Shown here: positions 51,990 through 64,000 of the stretch, piece by piece
Position numbering within the stretch: position 1 is the first letter of the stretch
How the letters are laid out: the number at the start of each line of letters is the position of its first letter
Assembly: GCF_001194135.2 (NCBI RefSeq)
Contig: NC_068997.1
Span: 55,258,102-55,322,101, forward strand
Length of the DNA stretch: 64,000 nucleotides
Reading direction: 5' to 3'
Origin: Octopus bimaculoides
Lineage: Eukaryota
Notes under the pieces: generated by a model
Told to the model about the DNA's origin: nothing
The model's database searches: none
The model's input: the letters and a program-made list of their open reading frames with translations, nothing else
Position numbers and translations under genes: made by a program

Positions 51990-52205
51990 ATTACTAGAAA
52001 TGTTAAGAATATTGGACAAAATGCTTCGTGGCTTTTCTTCCATCTGTCTTAGTGTTCTGAGCTCAAATTCTGCCAAGGTTAACTTTGTCTTTCACCCTTT
52101 TGGGGATGAAAAAAATAAGTACCTGTCAAGTATTGGAAGTCAATGTCACTGACTTGCCCCTTCCCTCAAAAATTACTGGCCTTGTGCAAAAATTAGAAGT
52201 AATTA
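51990..52205 (+). mobile_element. SINE family A
   Basis: ggacaaaatgcttcg...gttctgagctcaaattctgccaaggttaactttg...ataagtacc...ccttgtgcaaaaattagaa. Confidence 0.8.
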
Positions 52206-53664
52206 TTGTTGTTGTTGACATCAATGCTTTTATTCAAATTTGCTATTTTGAAAGTTATTTTTTTTATTCCATGTATATTCAATTCCATTTTAAATGAAAA
52301 TTTAAAATACCTCTTTCAGTTTCTCTCTCAATTTCTGAGTGAAATAAATCTAAATGTCTATTCATTTAACAATACATAAGCTAACACACATAGATTACCA
52401 ATGTTATATTTTCAATATGAAGTCTAACATCTTTAGAAGTAAATACACAATTTATTGAATCAGCCAGCTTAATACTTATAATAAAGTCACATTACAGTAA
52501 CAGACAGATTTCTATTTGACTAGAAGCCTTTTTGCATTTGTTCAAGACTCGTAGGTATGCTAAACATTGACGTTATAATGTAAATTCTTTAACATTTCTT
52601 AATTAAAAAAAGCAATTTTAACAAAGCAATATCAACGTTCTCTTACATTGATATAAATTAATAATTTACATTTTATTTTCCTGATCACGACTACCAACAC
52701 CATCTCCCCATTATATAATGACATTATCATTTCATAGGATATTAAAATACTTCATTAAAGTTATTTCCTATTTAGTTATTTTTATATTTTTACTTACTGA
52801 ATTCAATATATATAGAAATAAATTATTTTATTTTCATTTGTATAGTTTATTCATTACAATTTCTAATGTTTAATTTTATGTAAGAAATAAACATATTATT
52901 TCTTATAATCAAAAACTATTGGCAAGCAATGTATTTTTCTTCACTCAAGTATTTAAACTAATACATCAAGAGAAGGTGGAATGCCAGCAATAGCTAAATT
53001 AATTTTAAGAATTAGGAAAAAAGAAAATGTGTTAATAGAATTTAAAATACTCATAAAATAAAATATTTATTGCTATAGTTATGCATGTACTGACTAAAAG
53101 CAAATTTCCACAATTAGAATTTTTCATGTTTGAATAGATTTTTTTTTTCTTCTTTACAATAATTGAACATACATAATAATTTTATTTTCTTATCACATAA
53201 TGGACACATTACAATATATTTACTTAGGATTTTTATAGAAATATTAGAATTTATAAATTATGTATATGACCACAGATGTCTATTGACCATCCTTGGTTAT
53301 CTTTCTATATTAATGTCTTTCTATTCATTTTTGTATTGATATATCAACTGATTCTTCTATTTATCTGGTCATTTAGCCATCAACTTATCTGTCTGTCTAT
53401 CTTTTCCCACACACATGTACACACACACACACATGTATACATATTTATAAACACATGCACACACATACATCAACCCATTTATCATTATTGTAAATAAGTG
53501 TGAACATATTCTAAATTATATTCACATGTAGATATCTGCTTTTAGCTGATAACAATATAATGATGATATATGCTGCTTTGAAAATATCACGAACTATTGT
53601 TAATGATAAATACTCTACACGATAAATACAAATAATACACTTGATAAGATATACACTCCTCAAA

Positions 53665-54000
53665 AGGTTGTGTGGTCGAGTGGTGAGAAGCTTGTTTCCA
53701 AGTCACATGGTTCCAGGTTCGGTTCCACTGCATGGTGGCACCTTTGGCAAGTGTCTTTTGCTATAGCCCTAGCATAATCAAAGACTTCTGAATGGATTTG
53801 ATAGATAGTAACTGAAAAGAAGCCTGTTATATATGTATGTGTGTGTGTGTGTTTATGTTTGTATTTGTTCACTGCCACCACTTGACAACTAGCATTGGTT
53901 TGTTTACATCCCTGTAACCTAGCAGTTCAACAAAAGAGACCAATTGAATAAGGGCCAGGCTTAAAATGAAATAAGTCTTGGAGTTGATTTCATTTGACAA
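53665..54000 (+). mobile_element. SINE family B, near full length
   Basis: Has the head, the internal (TA/TG)n and the 3' block in the expected order. It serves as the uninterrupted reference for the split copy at 56706-57522. Confidence 0.85.
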
Positions 54001-54035
54001 ATTTTAGAATTTGAAAGACCCAAATTAAAAGTAAC

Positions 54036-54036
<1 letters not shown>

Positions 54037-54074
<38 letters not shown>

Positions 54075-54150
54075 TAATAATAATAATAATAATAATAATA
54101 ATGATAATAATAATGTAATAGTAATAATAATAATGATGATGATAATAATT
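54037..54150. repeat. (AAT)n microsatellite
   Basis: Direct reading. Confidence 0.95.
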
Positions 54151-54919
54151 GTTGTTGTTGGTTTGTTGTTGTTCTTAATTCAGGGCCACACTTTTTACTG
54201 TGAGTTAATACAGGAAATACTCTGTAACAATAAAATATAATTTTTAAATATTTCCAACAGCATCAGCAGATCAAATTATGATATTAATTAATGTTATCGC
54301 CAGATTGGTTATAGATTTATGAGAAAAGTAATTAACGTTATGAATAAACTACTTAGAATTTAATGCAAATGATATGACATTAAAAGCATCAACGTGAGAC
54401 AGAAAAGAGTGATGAGCTTGCATCAGTGGAGCTGCTGATGCTGTTCTCGGTGGCAAAGGGCTGCTTATAATATTGAATAGCAATGTAATTAATACTCTGC
54501 TTTTATTTTTTTCAAAATAAATTCTTCAAAGTTAAAGAGATTTTAAAAGTTAATGACCTACTAATGAAATTATTCTTCTATTCTTTTACTAATTTTAGTA
54601 CCTGGATAGTTGCGGCCAAGCTGGAATGCAACCTTCAATGGTCTTTTCTGTCAATAATTGAACCCCAGTATTTTGACTGATGCTTCCCTTAATGATCTCA
54701 TGGGAGATGAAAGCCGAAGTTTGAAATAAAATAAAAGGATGTAACCTGGAGGAAACTGAACAACACAAAGTGTATTTTTTGATGCACTACAATTATGATC
54801 ACTCATTCATCATTGATACACACACACACACACACAGCACATGCATATACATCAATCTATCTACCTTCCTATATATATATAAATGCGTGTGTGTGTATGT
54901 CAGTCCCCATCACCTGGCC

Positions 54920-55017
54920 ATTAAAGGTGCACATGTCTGTGGAGTATTCAGCCATTTGTACATTAATTTCATGAGCAAGCTGTTCCATTTATCAGATCAA
55001 CTAGAGCCCTTGTAACC
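54920..55017 (+). mobile_element. SINE family C 3' fragment
   Basis: gtggagtattcagcc...attaatttcatgagcaagctgttccatttatcagatcaactagagccc matches the reverse complement of 36790-36860. Confidence 0.7.
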
Positions 55018-55697
55018 ACCTTTTGGCCTCCTCACCATAACTGACACTCTGCTGTAAATGGTGGGATGCCAGTTAGTATGGTGAAGTAGCCTGAAATTTC
55101 GAAGTCCCAGTCAATCATTTTGTTATAACAATTAATTAATATGGACTCACCTAAAAAATATTAAGTAATCCTTCAGTTTAAGGTTAATTTGATTGTTTTT
55201 ATAGTATAAAGTTTTATAAGTATAAAGAAACACACACACGCACAGTCATATGTTTGTGTGGGGAAAGGTATTGTTAAAAAGCATTAAGCATGGTTCTGTT
55301 GAATCTAGGCCCACGTGGTTATGAATTATTCTTCCTCACCACACAGCAGCCATGCTTACTTCAAATGCTTAATTTTTTTTTTTTTGAAAAATGAAAAAAA
55401 AAAAGAAAAAAAGCAGCAAAATTTTTTTTTTAAACCAAAAAAAAAAGAAACAATGAACATCTACTGAAATAATGTACTTAAGATATTCAATAAAAACGGT
55501 TTTACCTGTTTGCAGAACTTATCTGTTATATAACAAAGTTAGGTCTATTTTTTTTTAACATCCAGATAAATAAAAACACACACACACATATCCTATGTGA
55601 AAGTTTAGTGATTACAACACTATGAAGAAGAAGAGAGAGTATCTGTATTGAAATATACACAAATACATGATGATAATGATGATGATGATGGTGGTGA

Positions 55698-55728
<31 letters not shown>

Positions 55729-56359
55729 GAAACATTATTATTATTATTGTTGTTGTTATTACAGTAACGAAATTGAAGTGGGAGCTTGGGGCCAGCAAGT
55801 AGCACCACAGAGTTATGTTCTACAGAGTTTACTACAGAGATTTACGCAGCATATCTTTTTCAAAGCAATTTATAGAATTGGTACCATCACCGGCACCTCC
55901 CTCTCATCTACTCAAACCTGCCTATCTCTTTAGTAAGTTATATTAATTGATAAACTAAAAAAGACATACACAAGACAGAGCAGAAATGTTTCTTATTAAT
56001 TCTACCTGGCATCGGTTTAAGAATATGTTTTTCTAAAACATTCTGGTTATCAGTTCTTTCCAAACACAAAATGTTAGAAAAACTTATCCTATCACAGTTT
56101 ATCGGGAGAAAATTCCTATAAGAAGGAAGAAAGCTATTCTCTGTTTTTACACACACACACACACACATTTGCTTTTATATTTGACTATTAATATTTTTGA
56201 TTCAAAGATATTTTGGCATGAATATTTTTCAAGAATTTGCTTTGTGGAAATTTCTTTCTTCAGAGTAAATCAATAATCCTGTTTCAGTCACAGGCTGGAG
56301 ATGTTGTGGCTTGCATGCATAAATAATTTTTCCAGTGGCTCTGAGATCATGAATTCATG

Positions 56360-56482
56360 CTGGTTTCAAATTTTGGCACAAGGCTAGCAAATTCTGGGTA
56401 GGGCTAAGTCGATTACGTCAACCCCTGTATGCAACTGGTACTTATTCTATCAACTCCAAAAGGATGAAAAGCAAAGTTGACA
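56360..56482 (-). mobile_element. SINE family A fragment
   Basis: tttcaaattttggcacaaggc...caactggtacttattctatcaactccaaaaggatgaaaagcaaagttgac. Confidence 0.8.
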
Positions 56483-56705
56483 ATATGTTTTTTAATAGTT
56501 TTCTTTGATTCGTTCAATACTGTTTCTATCAAATAGTGTGTATGGTTCTATCAGAATGTTTCTCAATATAATTTCCCATATGCATGGTTCTATCAAATAG
56601 CATATACTAATAGGTTTTTTTTGTAGCCAACATTAACTAATATGATTTCTTAAACTGTGTGGTTAGAATTAAGAAGACTAACCAATTATAAAATGTATTT
56701 TACCC

Positions 56706-57522
56706 TGACTGTGTGGTGAGAAGTTTACCTCCCAACCACATGGTTCCGGGTTCAGTCCTACTATGTGGCATCTTGGACAAGTGTCTTCTACTATAGTTTC
56801 AGGTTGAACAAAGCCTTGTGATTGGATTTGGTAGATGGCAAGGGAAAGAAGCCCTTCGTACATATATATATATGAAACTGTGTAAATCATAAGAGTACAA
56901 AATTAGAATAATTTATTACCAGTGGTTCGCATGCATAATAAAAGTCATAAGACAACATATTCTCATATATAAGAGTGCATATAGATATATACACAATGAG
57001 AAGACGTATGGCAGGACTCCTTACATGCTAGAAAGGGCAGTTAAACCCAACCATGAAAGCATAATTCTAAAGGCAAGCAGATAAAGCACTAGAATGAAAG
57101 GAATTATTATTACAGATGACAAATTAATTTTATTTGCTCATTAATAGGGAAACTCAAGTTAATAATAATAATTCGTTTCATTCTAGTGCTTTATCAGTGT
57201 GCCTTTAGAATTATTTTTCATGGTTGGGTTTAACTGCCCTTTCTAGGATGTAAGGAGTTCTGCCATAAGTCTTCTCTTTGTGTATATATTTATATGCATT
57301 CTTGTGTGTGTGTGAGAGTATTTCTTTCCCCCACCACCACTTGATAATTGGTGTTGGTGTACTCAAATGCCCATAACTTAGCAATTTGGTAAAAGAGACT
57401 AATAAAATAAGGCCTAGGCTTAAAGAAATTAGTACTGGATTGACTCTTTCGGCTAAAATTCTTCAAGGCAGTGCCCCAGCATGGCCAGAGTCAACTGACT
57501 GAAACAAGTAAAGATAAAAGAT
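56706..57522 (+). mobile_element. SINE family B split by a nested insertion (head 56706-56875; 3' block 57304-57522)
   Basis: The head and 3' block are collinear with the intact copy at 53665-54000, but are separated by about 430 bp of unrelated sequence at the internal microsatellite. Confidence 0.85.
56971..57303. repeat. Long inverted repeat (~140-bp arms, ~47-nt spacer)
   Basis: 56971-57112 matches the reverse complement of 57160-57303 with scattered mismatches, e.g. ctagaaagggcagttaaacccaaccatgaaa / tttcatggttgggtttaactgccctttctag. Confidence 0.95.
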
Positions 57523-58669
57523 GAAAAAAAAAAGAAGATTCAGAAGCAAATATTAAAATCTTTAGTTCTCTTTCACTGCTGGTAACCTGTAATCTAAGAA
57601 GTAGAGGTATATAGAATATTAATGGCTCAGTATACATAGTTTCTGTGTTATATACTTTTATGTATTTAACACAGAAACTTTGAAAACTTTCCTTGTAGTG
57701 ACTCGTTACAAACATTCAAAATCTCATTAATGCATAAAGATCACTGAAAGATGATCTCTGTTGATTTTTTACCTTATTAACAGCAAACTTCTTCTCATCT
57801 GCACAGCATCTGAGTAATACACTGCTGCAGTTCGTACAGAGTCACCCATCTATATAGGGTTTTTCTGATATCTTTTACAGAAATATGCAAACTGATAAAA
57901 ACACACAGCACCCAGTAGCATCACAGTGAACTGTGAAGCTCCATAATATAATACTGATCATTGAAGCTGATTAATATGTTTACAGTAAATCTATTCTTTC
58001 ACGAGAAGAATAAGGTGAAGAAAGTAACATTGCATGAACTATTCCGACTGAAATAGATTTATCTGTTCCAAAGAAACACAACAAATAACCTTTAATATAA
58101 TTGGTAAGATAATAAGCTAATAACATTTGCAGAAAATTCATTCTTTTATATTCTTAGAAAGAGAGGCAATTGTTGTAAAAACATTAAATCCAAAAATGTT
58201 GAGAGAAATGGAAAGTTTGGAAAGGATCTTTCTTGATTATAAAACCTTTTAACTGGAATGAATGTAGACATCAATAAGTTAGATGTTAGATATGTTTCTT
58301 TTTCATATGGAAGCGAAATTCCCTCAGCTTTGCATCAAAACCTAATATCCTGTTGGTGTGTTATCCAAGCCATACTGTCAGGGGAAAATGGACGTCCAAA
58401 CAAGAATAATTTGAGCATATCTTCTGCACTAATTCAATGTAAACATTAATGAATAAATAGAAAAATATATATAGTTAAAACTAAGTTTCAGATGAGATAA
58501 CTTGAAACAAATGTTGAAATGTTTGTAAACTTCATTCAGTGATTACTGCACAGAGATTTCTAACAGTGACTGCTGCTACAAGAGTATAGTGATGCACATG
58601 AATAATTATTGTGAAATAATTATATTAAATAGCATTGATTTCTAACATAAGAGCACAGTCATATAGTGA

Positions 58670-58830
58670 AACCAACACCAGCATGTAACTGGTATTGTAT
58701 TTTGTCTGTTCTGAAAGAATAAAAATATCAAGATCAACAAGATATGAATCTGGAATGTAAAAGAAATGTAAATATACACTGCAAGACATTTTCTTTAGCA
58801 ATTCTTCTACTCTGCCACTCTACCATTTTT
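58670..58830 (-). mobile_element. Highly decayed SINE family A
   Basis: taactggtattgtatttt...tgaaagaataaaa...tgaatctggaatgtaaaag...tctactctgccactc follows the order of the family A minus strand. Confidence 0.5.
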
Positions 58831-59506
58831 TTTACTCAGTCATGCTGGTAAATTAGATAATGCAATGAACAATACCGCAATGTTACCACTGGTATTGCTT
58901 CATACAGTGCTGACATTTCTAAGAAAAAGAAGCTAATGAAAGAAAATCTGTGAGCAATATAATAAATATTTGAATGAAATAATTTCCAAAGTCAAAGAAT
59001 GCGTTTCCTCTTTGGTTCTTCTACACCAAGTTAATCATTTCTAGGATTCAGTTATTGAATTCATCTGCCTTTGCTAACATTTTGTTTCTTTGATGCCACA
59101 TTTTTGGATCCTATAAGTGGCTACGACTATGTCGACTAGAAGTGCACATCACAGAGAAAGACATTTGTCTCATGAAATGTGAGCCAACATCTAATTTACT
59201 AGAAGTAGTTAATGTCTTGTAATCCAATGTGTACAGACCAATCACTTAGATATTGGCAGCATGCCAAGACAATTCAAATCCATTTACCAACCTCTAAGAG
59301 GAAGGAAGCCATTGTATAAACAGAGCAACTCTGTTTGGAAGCAAAGGTTGCTCTCTGTGAATTGTTTTTCTTGAAGGCAGCCATTTAACACTCTGCTTGG
59401 CACTGAGTATACACCAAAAAGTTGGGATTGGAAAGCAAATGTAGACAGACAGATGATAAAATATATTTCCATGATGTATTAAGTTATACCTACTGAATTA
59501 TACATT

Positions 59507-59531
59507 ACACACACACACACATGCACATGCA

Positions 59532-59597
<66 letters not shown>

Positions 59598-59610
59598 CAC
59601 CCACACACAT
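59507..59610. repeat. (CA)n microsatellite
   Basis: Direct reading. Confidence 0.95.
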
Positions 59611-60602
59611 TAACATGGCTAAAATTATTATATAAACATATCAGCTGTACACAAATTAAATGCGCTTTGCAATGTTATCATTCCTATTAGCTAATGGCAC
59701 CAACTGAAACCTAAAATAGCAACTGTTGGGATATACATGCAGAAAAGATGGCAGTTTTTTTTTTTTTTTTGAAAATATAACAGCATTTCATATTATTTCA
59801 CAGGATTATATTAGAGAAAACTATGAACTGAAAACTATTAATGCTATTAGACAAAGTATTTGTGACTTTTTCAAAATAATCTGGAGAAGAATGGAAACTG
59901 TGGTCGAAAAGGGTAGATGAGGAGAATGGTTATTTGACAAAATGTTTATGCTGTTAAATGTAGTTTTGATGTAAAGATCTTAGTAGTATTAAGTGAAAAC
60001 AGCATGCTGGGTCTAAGTTTCTAATAATAAGCTGTACTGAGGAGAGTTATTACAAGACAAACAGTACAAAGAGAGGACCACTGTGTTCTAAAACTAATCA
60101 TTTATGCTATAAAGTACCTGTATAGTTTACTAACAGCTCACACGTCACATGATATGTATTATTCCACTTGCAATTAGTAAACATTATTAGACATCGTTAA
60201 AACATGGGGTGTATGTGATTGTCTCTAATTGCTTTTTTGCTGTTTCTATAATATTGATTTCTGATATGTATAGAAGGTCACATATATTGGAGGAAGGTCA
60301 TTGCAGATTACATTAGCCCAATATTTAACTGGTACTTTATCTTTTCAGTCTTGTAAAGGATGCCATGCAAAGCCGTCTTTGGCAATACTGGAGCTAAAAC
60401 CACAAAGTAACATAACTTAATTGTTATCTCAATAAATAAATAATCTAATTAATTAATCAAATAATTAATAATAAAAGGAGCAATTATGGGTGGAGATAAA
60501 GTAAGAAGGGTGAAGATCTTTGCAGACCTCCAAGACTTAGAGGAAAGTAATCGACATACCAAAATTTGAAAGCAAAATAATTTATTTTCCTAAATACAAT
60601 TT

Positions 60603-60718
<116 letters not shown>

Positions 60719-61955
60719 CTTATCAAGTCAGCCAGTGCTACAAGTAAACATTTCATTTTTCTCCAATGTGACGTCCTTCTTGAAATGTTGACTTCTCAGC
60801 AAAATAATTTATTTCATATTATCTCTTTTTCCTATTAGATATATACTGTTGTTTTGTTTTGTATTTTTTCACAGTTATACCTCTTTAGCAGGGAATGATA
60901 AAACAAACATGTGAATCATGGTAGTTACCTTACAAGAAAATTAGGACTGTTAAGGCAAAGCAGGCTGACATAGATGGGAAACAGATTTGCCAAAGATCAG
61001 AACTGTATTTTGTTGATAAACAAAGCTCAACAGTACGTAATTCATTTATTTCTCAGCCAATAGTAAAATTCTGTTTCAGTTATCTGACATCTTTTCTAGA
61101 TTGAATAACAAACCAATCACTAGCTATGTAGCAGAGCTGTTTTATCATCTTCATTATCATTTAACAAATATTAACGATTTAATTTGACCTTGTTACTACT
61201 TTCAAGTTTTAATGTGAAGTTTGCAAGAAATGTTTGTAAATGGTAACGTTCTCTAGAGAAAAATTTCAATCAGACATTTTATTTTCAGAAGTGCAGGTTT
61301 AACTATTTTTGTACATTCAAGAAGGACTGAAGATGTCTGGGTTTTCTATAAAGGATTAGACTAGTCATGTATTATCAAAAATATTTTTTTTTAAATGTCT
61401 TTACACAATAAAGAGTTGTTTTAGTTTTATGGAATATAGATTCCAAATGGATAATTATTTGAATACTGTCTACAAATCCTTCCAAAACAAACAAATAATA
61501 ATAATAATAAAATATCTTCCCCTACCAGCTCAGCAATACTTATTAGTTTTTATAATTTATAAATTCCTTGAAATCCTTTAATATTCTCAAATAAACTTGG
61601 GAGATTTTCTTTTCATTTGTTGATGTCTAATAATAGAGACATAATCTCCTTTCGCTGTTGTTTATTGCATCAAAAATACTGACTACGTAAACATATTTCA
61701 CTGCAAGTTATTTTCCATTGAAGAAGATCTGTGTTCAAGACATTCAGGAACTGCAACTGCCATTATATTCTACAGATATACCATTGATGCCAGTCAAATA
61801 CAGAGATTTACTTGTTTGGTAATAGGTTGGCTGTTCACTTATGTTCTTCCATATATATATGTTTTACTATTCATTGCTTGTTGCTGCATAATGTGAGCCA
61901 ATAGACAATATGGAAGCCCACTTATGAAAAAGTAAATACTTAGTTCTTATAACTA

Positions 61956-62390
61956 TTCTTCTTCTTTAGGTGCCATGTCCAGAATGAAGGACATGAGTGA
62001 TTGTAACTTGTCACAATTCTCTGTTCTTTGTTTTATGTAACAGTTCCTCTTCCTGATGTTTAATGCCTCTTTCTTCCAACCATTTCCTCAAGCTTGACAT
62101 CCATATGATCCTTCTCCTTCTGCTGCTTCTTTCCCCCTTCAATCTTTCCAGTCATCACTAAATTCTCCCTGGGCCCCCTTCCCTCATTACATGACCATGA
62201 AATCTCAGCCGCTTGGCCCTTATCTCATGAAACATTTTCCTATTTATTGCAGCCTGGGCCATCACTTCTTCATTAGACACTTTGTCCATGCTATCCTCAA
62301 TATTCTCCTTAACAACCATATTTCACAGTTCTCCAAAAATCTTCTAATTTCTGATCTTATGGGCCATGCTTCACTTCAATACAGTAATTA
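61956..62390 (-). mobile_element. RTE-clade LINE 3' end (reverse transcriptase C-terminal region), decayed
   Basis: Across frameshifts the minus strand gives LLY*SEAWPIRSEIRRFLEN/CEIWLLRRILRIAW/DKVSNEEVMAQAAINRKMFHEIRAKRLRFHGHVMREGG/ENLVMTGKIEG/ERSSRRRRIIWMSSLRKWLEERG...GHGT*, then a gaagaagaa tail. These are typical RTE ORF C-terminal motifs. Confidence 0.87.
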
Positions 62391-62429
62391 TATATTTTCA
62401 ATATAATATCTTTTTGTTTTGTCTTGCTT

Positions 62430-62600
62430 TACTGGTGCCATGAAAAAAAAAAGCACCCAGTACACTCTGTAAAATGATTGGGTTTAGGAAAGCATGCTAC
62501 AGCAGACACTGGAGCATGATATAGTCTACCAACCCATCAGATCCAGTCAGAGCATCCAATTCATACCAACATGGAATACAGACATTAAAAAATGATGACA
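62430..62600 (+). mobile_element. RTE-like SINE/LINE 3' tail fragment
   Basis: actggtgccatgaaaaaa...gcacccagtacactctgtaaaatgattgggtttagg...ataccaacatggaatacagacattaaaaaatgatga. Confidence 0.65.
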
Positions 62601-63872
62601 CAGTGGTTATGAGACAACAGTTGTAAAGCCCTGGTATTTGAAAACTAACCATATGGTCAAAAGTTCAAATCTGTGTACAGTCACTGTCATTCACTCCTGA
62701 ATGGGACACAATTGTATTTGCTTCAGTTTGATTGAATAATAAAACAACATCACTCCTACTTCATATCAGATCAGCAAACAATTACTTCAAGCTCAGAAAA
62801 ATCAATGTGTCTCACTCACCTTCCTGTCTTTCCCTGTCTGCATCCATGCTTGCCTGCCCATTGGTTTCTCTCTCTCTCTCACTTTTAATTTTAGTTTAAA
62901 TTCTTTGGCTCACTGCATTTCATGTTAGTTACTCCATTTCACTGTTAGTATTTAATCATTTAAAACCTGGCTGTAACAAACTATGTTTTACCGATGAGGT
63001 CTAATAAGAATGAAAGATGTTCAATTGTCTCCTATACTGCCAAACAGCAAACTCATCTCACCATTGTATTCTATATATAATTTTAATTTGAATTTCAAAA
63101 TTGTCTTCCTTGCTTTTCTTGTCCAGAATTAGTTATTAAAATAAAGACTGTTCATTTGTACTGATGAAAATTCCTTGGCTCACTCCATCATGTATGATAT
63201 CACATGCACTTTTATGAATACATATGAGTGTGTGTAGGTGTATGTATGTCCTTCCTTCCATATCTCCTCTTTCTTCTCCATTTTCACTTATCTCGCCCCT
63301 CACATCATCTGGCCATCATCACCCATCTTCCATTTCAACCAGTCTCAATCTTCTTACAATCTATACCCCCACCCCATCACTAATTACTCTCCCCATTGTA
63401 CACCATAAGCACTTCACTCACCTATTCTTTCACCACATCACTCATATCGTTTATTCAATTATTTTTGTGACTAAAGCAACAACACTTTATGTCTTTTTAT
63501 ATATCTTTACATATTTTTATGTATTTGACATAATTTTTCTTTAATATATTATCTCTGGCTCAGAAGAAGATCAAGTGCCAAAAACATCAATTTCTTTCAC
63601 TCCACATGACACATCAATCCAAAGAATTTTTCTATGAACTTTCTGATGGATTAATTCTTCTCAACACAAACCACAACCATTTCCATTGAATTCTGCTTAT
63701 TATAAACTCTCACACACGTTTATGTTGCAGGCAGAAGACTGATATTCTGTAAACTTTGCATAATTTGTTTATATATTCCCCATTTCTTAACAAGATTATC
63801 ATCATTGTTTCAGCACCCATTTTTCCATGCTTCTATGAATCAAAGATAATTCGCTGGGCAGCATTTCTATGA

Positions 63873-64000
63873 TTGGCTGCCTTTCAATTTGCCGACCTTG
63901 GCTGCCTTTCAATTTGCCGACCTTGGCTGCCTTTCAATTTGCCGACCTTGGCTGCCTTTCAATTTGCCGACCTTGGCTGCCTTTCAATTTGCCGACCTTG
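63873..64000 (+). repeat. Perfect 25-bp tandem minisatellite (ttggctgcctttcaatttgccgacc)n, truncated by the window end
   Basis: Five identical units plus 3 nt, with no spacers. Confidence 0.97.

Noticed and set aside
54399-54428. Box C/D snoRNA-like motifs (gtgatga...ctga; also near 171 and 35087)
   Set aside because: The boxes are only 7-23 nt apart, with no convincing C'/D' boxes or terminal stem, and such motifs are expected by chance.
58751-58772. miR-1-like sequence tggaatgtaaaagaaatgta
   Set aside because: It differs from miR-1 after the first 11 nt, has no hairpin partner, and lies in a decayed SINE.
61970-61996. Apparent plus-strand micro-exon after ttcttcttctttag
   Set aside because: The pyrimidine tract is the antisense (GAA)n tail of the RTE element, and the donor is poor.
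63555-63590. Possible fourth hammerhead-like remnant (ctcagaagaagatcaagtgccaaaaacatc)
   Set aside because: It is too degenerate, with no intact core half and no stem II.
63873-64000. CRISPR-like array
   Set aside because: The units are directly adjacent with no unique spacers, there are no cas genes, and the context is eukaryotic.

Overview
This is AT-rich, microsatellite-dense eukaryotic DNA that reads as intronic or intergenic. The mix of repeat families (tRNA-headed SINEs with (ATT)n tails, SINEs with an internal (TA/TG)n, RTE-like 3' tails ending in (GAT)n) resembles octopus or other coleoid cephalopod DNA. That assignment is from pattern recall, not a database search. I could not identify any host protein-coding gene with confidence. 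Most ORFs in the supplied track are artefacts of microsatellites or N-gaps (7 gaps, 1895 N in total). The recognisable coding remnants are all decayed transposons: a Tc1-type transposase C-terminus with D36E spacing, two DD37D (maT)-type transposase fragments, an RTE LINE 3' end and a probable Ty3/Gypsy pol remnant. A hAT-type MITE with TIRs and an 8-bp TSD is also present. The most interesting signal is a set of three unrelated small elements that sit in or next to microsatellites and carry degenerate minimal hammerhead-ribozyme-like motifs, as Penelope-like retroelements do. Two of them also form long fold-backs. Together with inverted SINE/LINE-tail pairs, the window has at least four long dsRNA-forming structures. 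A perfect 25-bp minisatellite runs off the right edge. No tRNA gene, rRNA gene or CRISPR array was found.
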